Positions 59,397 through 64,000 of a DNA stretch of 64,000 nt are shown here, piece after piece (position 1 is the first letter of the stretch; every line of letters starts with the position of its first letter). The notes under the pieces are model-generated. The model was given only the letters and a program-made list of their open reading frames with translations, did no database searches and was not told where the DNA came from. Position numbers and translations under genes: made by a program. The DNA comes from Ferruginibacter sp. (GTDB lineage: Bacteria > Bacteroidota > Bacteroidia > Chitinophagales > Chitinophagaceae), in the NCBI GenBank assembly GCA_019638485.1, contig JAHBTP010000005.1, positions 23,093 through 87,092 on the forward strand, read 5' to 3'.

Positions 59397-60560
59397 TTAT
59401 ATCGAGTCTTCGATATTAGGAAAAACAGGTAGGGGTTTTCCTGTTTTAAAAGCTTGAGCAAAGGTAGTGGCAAAATGCAAGGCTTCATCTATCACATTAT
59501 GCATATCCATATAACGGTAGGTGGCTAATCGGCCAAGAAAAGAAAAACCATTCAATGTCGCAGCCTTCTTTCGATAATCGAATAATATTCTTTTATCTGC
59601 GTCTAATCGTTTGGGATAGTAAGGCTCATCACTTGGTGTTGTTTCGTGGCTATATTCTTTAAAATAAACAGTTTTATCATGTTTCTCCCATGGGGTAAAG
59701 TGCTTATGCTCTGAAATTCTTGTATATGGTACTGTCTCATCACAAAAATTCATTTGAGCGGTTCCCTGGAAATCACCATCTTGAACATTGCGCTCAAATG
59801 TTACGGTACGATATCCTAAGCGACCAAAACAAAATTGAAAAAATGTATCTAACGGTCCGGTATAAAAAATGTGATTATACTCTTCGTGCTGTTCTCCGGG
59901 AAAGAATTTTCTGTTTAGATGAAGTTTTATTGCGGGGCTATCAATCATCTTCTCCATCACAGCCGAATATCCTTCAACCGGGATACCTGTATATGGATGA
60001 GGGTGGTAGTTATCATCATAATTAAACCGAACAGGAATACGTTTTAAAATAGATGCAGGAAGTTCACGAGGTTCACACCCCCATTGCTTTTTTGTGTAAC
60101 CATAAAAGAAAGCACGATATAAATCCTTGCCTATGAAAGCCAAGGCTTGGTCCTCAAAGTTTGTAGGATGCAGAATAGAATGGTCAGCAAGTGAACTCAA
60201 AAAAATCTTGGCCTGTTTTGGATCCAGCGCTTTACCAAAATACTGATTAATAGTCATCAGATTTATAGGTAAAGGAAAGATTTTATCATCCACCCTTGCT
60301 TTTACCCTGTGGACATAAGGCCTGAATTCTACAAAAGAATTTACAAAATCCCAGATTTCTTTCTTATCTGTATTGAATATATGCGGGCCATAATGATGTA
60401 CCATTATCCCTGTTTCTTCATCACGAGATGTGTGACAATTCCCACCTATGTGGCTACGTTCATCAATTATATCAATAGTACAATCTAATTGCTTTATTAG
60501 CCTATTTGCCAATACGCACCCGGAAAACCCGGCCCCAACAATTAAAAATTTAGCAGCCAT
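59397..60560 (-). CDS. glf: UDP-galactopyranose mutase
   Basis: IVGAGFSGCVLA (FAD-binding), HIGGNCHT, HHYGPHIFNT and FLGRLATYRY are Glf signature blocks. Confidence 0.93.
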   Translation of the reverse strand: MAAKFLIVGAGFSGCVLANRLIKQLDCTIDIIDERSHIGGNCHTSRDEETGIMVHHYGPHIFNTDKKEIWDFVNSFVEFRPYVHRVKARVDDKIFPLPINLMTINQYFGKALDPKQAKIFLSSLADHSILHPTNFEDQALAFIGKDLYRAFFYGYTKKQWGCEPRELPASILKRIPVRFNYDDNYHPHPYTGIPVEGYSAVMEKMIDSPAIKLHLNRKFFPGEQHEEYNHIFYTGPLDTFFQFCFGRLGYRTVTFERNVQDGDFQGTAQMNFCDETVPYTRISEHKHFTPWEKHDKTVYFKEYSHETTPSDEPYYPKRLDADKRILFDYRKKAATLNGFSFLGRLATYRYMDMHNVIDEALHFATTFAQAFKTGKPLPVFPNIEDSI

Positions 60561-60610
60561 TTAATTCGTATTAATGTAAAAATAAAAAATCAATGCTTGA
60601 AATCGCCCGG

Positions 60611-60719
60611 GTATTGCCGAAGGCGGGGAGTTTTAGCACTACCGCTCAACTGAATTACCAGAGTTTAAATTTAGCAAATTTGTTTCATTGAAAAACTTTC
60701 GCCGCGCTTTTGGCAATAC
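60611..60719. repeat. palindromic MITE/REP-like element related to the one at 29337-29511
   Basis: The inverted repeat GTATTGCCGAAGGCGGGG (60611-60628) and CCGCGCTTTTGGCAATAC (60702-60719) matches at 15 of 18 positions. It shares the GTATTGNC...GNCAATAC termini and the trailing TAT(T)GTTG with the first element. Confidence 0.4.
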
Positions 60720-60851
60720 TATGTTGTGTGTAGCCAGATGGGTGTCGAAATTATCTAAGATAGGGTCATATGAAAAAATACCTCTTTCAAATTAATAATC
60801 TAAATCTGATTACCATAGATTTATTCCCTTTTACAATAACTTAAACTCAAA

Positions 60852-61160
60852 TTACAAGCATTTGTAAGTTCTTAAAATTTTCTTCATATACTGTATGGTA
60901 GGTTTTGCTTCAATTAGATTAAAGTAACTCCAACAAATCATATTTGCCAGTGGCTCATAGCTACCTTCTCTTGGAACTCCAATAAAATTTATAATCTTCC
61001 TTTTATAGTAAGTACGTAAACTATCTAAAGCTTGTAGAGGTAGGTTACTTATCTGTACATAATACCTGCCGGAATAGTCTCTATTTGACGGAGTGTTAAT
61101 ATTACTATCAATCATTTGGTATTGTTCCCTAATACAATAGTACAAAAGGTACCCTCTCAT
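60852..61160 (-). CDS. hypothetical protein (102 aa), last gene of unknown operon
   Basis: ORF only. It is co-directional with, and 11 nt downstream of, the preceding ORF. Tyr/Arg/Ile-rich with no TM segment. Confidence 0.5.
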   Translation of the reverse strand: MRGYLLYYCIREQYQMIDSNINTPSNRDYSGRYYVQISNLPLQALDSLRTYYKRKIINFIGVPREGSYEPLANMICWSYFNLIEAKPTIQYMKKILRTYKCL

Positions 61161-61171
61161 CCCCGTTCAAC

Positions 61172-61615
61172 TTATTTTTTTATCTTCCACCCTTCAGCTA
61201 AGGAAGGAGTATTTTCGCTAAAAAAAATAGAACTTCCATTATTACCCTTATAATATATCTCCAAATAATCTTCAGATTCATTTATAACTAAATCTCCGGT
61301 TAATTGCCTTACATGTATATTCCCTTTTTTAACAACTTTTCTTTGATTTCTATCAAATAGGTATATTGGTTTTGAATCAACCATACTTATGTATCTTAAA
61401 AAGCCGTAGTATCCTAAGTATTGCTTCTCGAGTATAATATATCTATCATTAATTTCTTGAGTTGTGCATGCACCATTAATATAGACTGTGCTATCGGAAC
61501 ATGTTGAAACTGAAATTGGGATATAAAAAATAACGTGCATTATCAAAGTAATACTAATACTAAGTATTGCAAAAGATGCTAAGCACCCAAAAACAGACTT
61601 TAATTTACTATTCAT
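61172..61615 (-). CDS. hypothetical membrane-anchored protein (147 aa)
   Basis: One N-terminal TM helix (CLASFAILSISITLIMHVIFYIPI) followed by ~110 aa. Its start overlaps the upstream stop (ATGA at 61612-61615). Confidence 0.6.
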   Translation of the reverse strand: MNSKLKSVFGCLASFAILSISITLIMHVIFYIPISVSTCSDSTVYINGACTTQEINDRYIILEKQYLGYYGFLRYISMVDSKPIYLFDRNQRKVVKKGNIHVRQLTGDLVINESEDYLEIYYKGNNGSSIFFSENTPSLAEGWKIKK

Positions 61616-62859
61616 AATGCATCAAGTGGTATAGAAAATGAAAAACTTACATTCACAATCTTTACATCTGAATAGTTGTTGTAATTCATACCAATCATAT
61701 TTCTCTTTTGAAAATCCCTATAAGTAGCATTTGTTACAGAAATCCCTTTACTAAAATCTAAACCCATATAATTGGTTTTAGGATTCCATACACCTAAGGG
61801 CTGCTCGCCAATAAAATTAAACCCATCAACAATGTATACACCTAATTGCAAAATGGATATCTCAAACTCATTTTCCAATCTTTTAATTTTACCTTTTGCA
61901 GCTATATGCATCGTGGTTGAACCAACAGCAGCAAAATATTCATTCCATTCTACATTAAAAAAATCTTCTTCTTTACTTTCGCTTCTAAAATAATACCTTT
62001 CAATTAATGGCTCAAATGTGTCTCTAAAAAGATCGAATGAAAAAGTGCCATAGTCAGTAACAGAATCAATCTCTTGGGGAATAGTAATAATAGCATCTTC
62101 ATACATTTTTCTAATTTGCTTTACTATAAACTCCTTTGATTTATCATTTTTCCATTTTGCTATAGTAAACAATCCTTCTTCAAAAATTCCATTATATACC
62201 TCTTGAGCTATTTGAAATTTTAAGGCCCAGTCCATTTTTAATAAATAAGTAATAGGTTTAACTTTTTTAGCATCGATGTTTATTTTACCTGAAAACCAAA
62301 CTAATTGACAAGAAGTTGCTAATTGCCATTTATGAAACTCCATTATTCTTGGGATCTCTTTTACGACATTAATTTTCAACATTTCTTCTGGCTTGCTTGG
62401 AAAACCTTTATGTTTTTCTTTCCCATTTTCAAAATAATGTACATTATAAAATAGCCAATCAACATTTGGGCTTTTCATATACCAGTTACTTTTTAGGCTG
62501 ATTTTCACAAAAAATGTATTGTTTGCTAAAACCTTAACAGGGAATTTGTGAAGTTCTGAGATAACGTTAAACGCAATAAAATCCCAAATGGAAATATAGA
62601 TTTCGGTATTTGCGGGAATATTTTTGGTAACACCATAAATAAAAACATCATCGCCGTAATCAACGACGTCAATTTTCTTTTTCTGAGCGTCACACCAAAA
62701 CGAATTTGTTATTTCTACAGCAATACCTTTTAAATCTAATAAGGATTTATCTAACACAGGAGGTTCCTCATCCCGTGAACTAAAGTTAAACAACACAGAA
62801 TTATCATCATAATATTCTTTGCTATCCAATACTTCTTCTCCCCAGATATTGGTATCCAT
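61612..62859 (-). CDS. hypothetical protein (415 aa), no recognised family
   Basis: A long uninterrupted ORF in a very AT-rich context, where stops are frequent. It has no signal peptide or TM segment. Confidence 0.65.
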   Translation of the reverse strand: MDTNIWGEEVLDSKEYYDDNSVLFNFSSRDEEPPVLDKSLLDLKGIAVEITNSFWCDAQKKKIDVVDYGDDVFIYGVTKNIPANTEIYISIWDFIAFNVISELHKFPVKVLANNTFFVKISLKSNWYMKSPNVDWLFYNVHYFENGKEKHKGFPSKPEEMLKINVVKEIPRIMEFHKWQLATSCQLVWFSGKINIDAKKVKPITYLLKMDWALKFQIAQEVYNGIFEEGLFTIAKWKNDKSKEFIVKQIRKMYEDAIITIPQEIDSVTDYGTFSFDLFRDTFEPLIERYYFRSESKEEDFFNVEWNEYFAAVGSTTMHIAAKGKIKRLENEFEISILQLGVYIVDGFNFIGEQPLGVWNPKTNYMGLDFSKGISVTNATYRDFQKRNMIGMNYNNYSDVKIVNVSFSFSIPLDAL

Positions 62860-62912
62860 AATTAAAATATTTAAAAGTTAAATGATTATCCTGAACTTGA
62901 AATACATAAACC

Positions 62913-64000
62913 CTAATCATGCTTACAATTACACCCGCTTTGTGGAACATCACAACATTCCGAGAATACTTTCTTATAGAGTTTAGCTCTTTCCCCAGGT
63001 TCGGATATTTGCTCTATAGTTTGGATAGCTTGCTGCAACTTTTGATTTTGAAGTTCACTATTTAATGCATCAGCTTCTTGTAATTTTTGATTATAGCAAT
63101 CCAAACTTTCTCCTTGTCCAAGTAAAGCATCTACAACTAAAGACGGAGTCCGTAATATTCTGTTTGTAACATCAAGAATAATTCCTTCTACTTTCCTTCC
63201 TTCGTATACTTGACTTAATCCCTTTTTTACTCGCACATATTCTATAATTTCTGGTTCAGGTAGCGGGTCTATACAATTATTCAGTTCTTCAGTAACTTTT
63301 TCAATTAAACCCACTGTTTTACCTTCATAATCTCGTATGCTGCAAAGTTGAGTGTAAATCATTCGTTTAGCCATTTCGACGAATTCCCGATCTCTCATAA
63401 CTTCATCTAAGAAATCATGCAGATTAGCAAGTCGAGCTGATTTTCTATTTTCTAGCCCACCATAAAAAACAAAGGAAACATCCACTAAGTGAGTTATACT
63501 CACAAACTCTTGCAAGAGTTGGCGAAAAACAAAGTTTAATACCCTGCTTTTATTAATGTTTTCCAGCTCTCTTACGATTGTCTCTTCATATTCATTTATT
63601 GAAGTGGAGGATGTTTCGGAATTTATCTCAATTTGTCTAAGTGAATCTGATTTTGCAACATGGTGGGATGTTGCGCCAGTCAACATTTTAACTTGTGTCT
63701 CAACAGCATTATTTACAGTAGTAGTTTCTGAGGATGTACCTCCTCCACCTCCACCACCGCCAATTTTGAACACACCCAGATTTAGTCCAAAGCTACCTCC
63801 GGCTTTCCAGTTTTTGGTTTTGGTATTTATTTCTTGTACGCTTTTGTTTGTAGCATGCCCAACTTCATTTTGAATGGTATTCTGCAAATCTTCAGCACTG
63901 CTCTCACTATAACTATCCAGTACATTTTGAGCCAACATTTTTGTAACCTGCTCTTGCTGATATGTACGAATCGTGATAGTGGTTCTTTCCCCGGGAAGAA
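62913..64000 (-). CDS. hypothetical protein, N-terminus beyond window (at least 361 aa in-window)
   Basis: The frame stays open upstream of the first in-window ATG (63938) to the window edge (LPGERTTITIRTYQQEQVTK-MLAQ...). It has an S/T/N-rich segment, a Gly8 run, a helical C-terminal half and a Cys-rich tail (CCDVPQSGCNCKHD). Confidence 0.65.
   Translation of the reverse strand, partial: LPGERTTITIRTYQQEQVTKMLAQNVLDSYSESSAEDLQNTIQNEVGHATNKSVQEINTKTKNWKAGGSFGLNLGVFKIGGGGGGGGTSSETTTVNNAVETQVKMLTGATSHHVAKSDSLRQIEINSETSSTSINEYEETIVRELENINKSRVLNFVFRQLLQEFVSITHLVDVSFVFYGGLENRKSARLANLHDFLDEVMRDREFVEMAKRMIYTQLCSIRDYEGKTVGLIEKVTEELNNCIDPLPEPEIIEYVRVKKGLSQVYEGRKVEGIILDVTNRILRTPSLVVDALLGQGESLDCYNQKLQEADALNSELQNQKLQQAIQTIEQISEPGERAKLYKKVFSECCDVPQSGCNCKHD

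Noticed and set aside
63737-63760. Gly8 run as a slipped-strand, phase-variable simple sequence repeat
   Set aside because: The eight Gly codons are mixed (GGC GGT GGT GGA GGT GGA GGA GGT), not a homopolymer or a perfect short tandem repeat. Slippage is unlikely; this is more likely a flexible linker.

Overview
This is a 64-kb chromosomal window from a low-GC Bacteroidota genome, probably Chitinophagia or Sphingobacteriia-like. The assignment rests on a T9SS C-terminal sorting domain, several TonB-dependent receptors, TAnnTTTG-type -7 promoter boxes and frequent TTG/GTG starts. Hand-counted 60-nt samples give about 38-45 % GC in housekeeping genes.

Gene content, left to right:
- hbd-like gene (partial), pheS, a BI-1 family protein and an AIM24 family protein.
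- A TetR-TolC-MFP-RND efflux operon.
- DUF502, a Zn-PLC/S1-P1-like protein, serC, DUF1015, a TPR protein and an acyl-CoA ligase.
- A dense two-component cluster: one CheY-only regulator, two LuxR-type regulators, and two PAS-rich HisKA_3 kinases of 1442 and 846 aa.
- MarC, then tRNA-Arg(CCG).
- A roughly 4.3-kb AT-rich decayed islet after the tRNA. It holds a nonsense-riddled pseudogene, six tandem ~98-bp structured repeats, a palindromic MITE-like element and two orphan secreted proteins.
- A 2860-aa beta-helix T9SS surface protein.
- A cobalamin-riboswitch-controlled operon: TonB receptor, beta-propeller lipoprotein, second TonB receptor.
- A TolC+MFP pair with no pump gene.
- An AmgK-like/RapZ-C fusion with a MurU-like gene.
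- A Galf-type polysaccharide locus (phosphoglycosyl transferase, aminotransferase, dehydratase, acetyltransferase, AsnB-like, GT2, glf).
- At the right edge, a very AT-rich four-gene operon of proteins I cannot assign to any family.

I found no rRNA, CRISPR array, intact integrase or transposase. The best candidates for something undescribed are the unknown operon at 60.85-64.0 kb (truncated by the window edge) and the covarying-hairpin tandem repeat array at 28.15-28.72 kb. All family calls come from reading motifs by eye; no searches were run.
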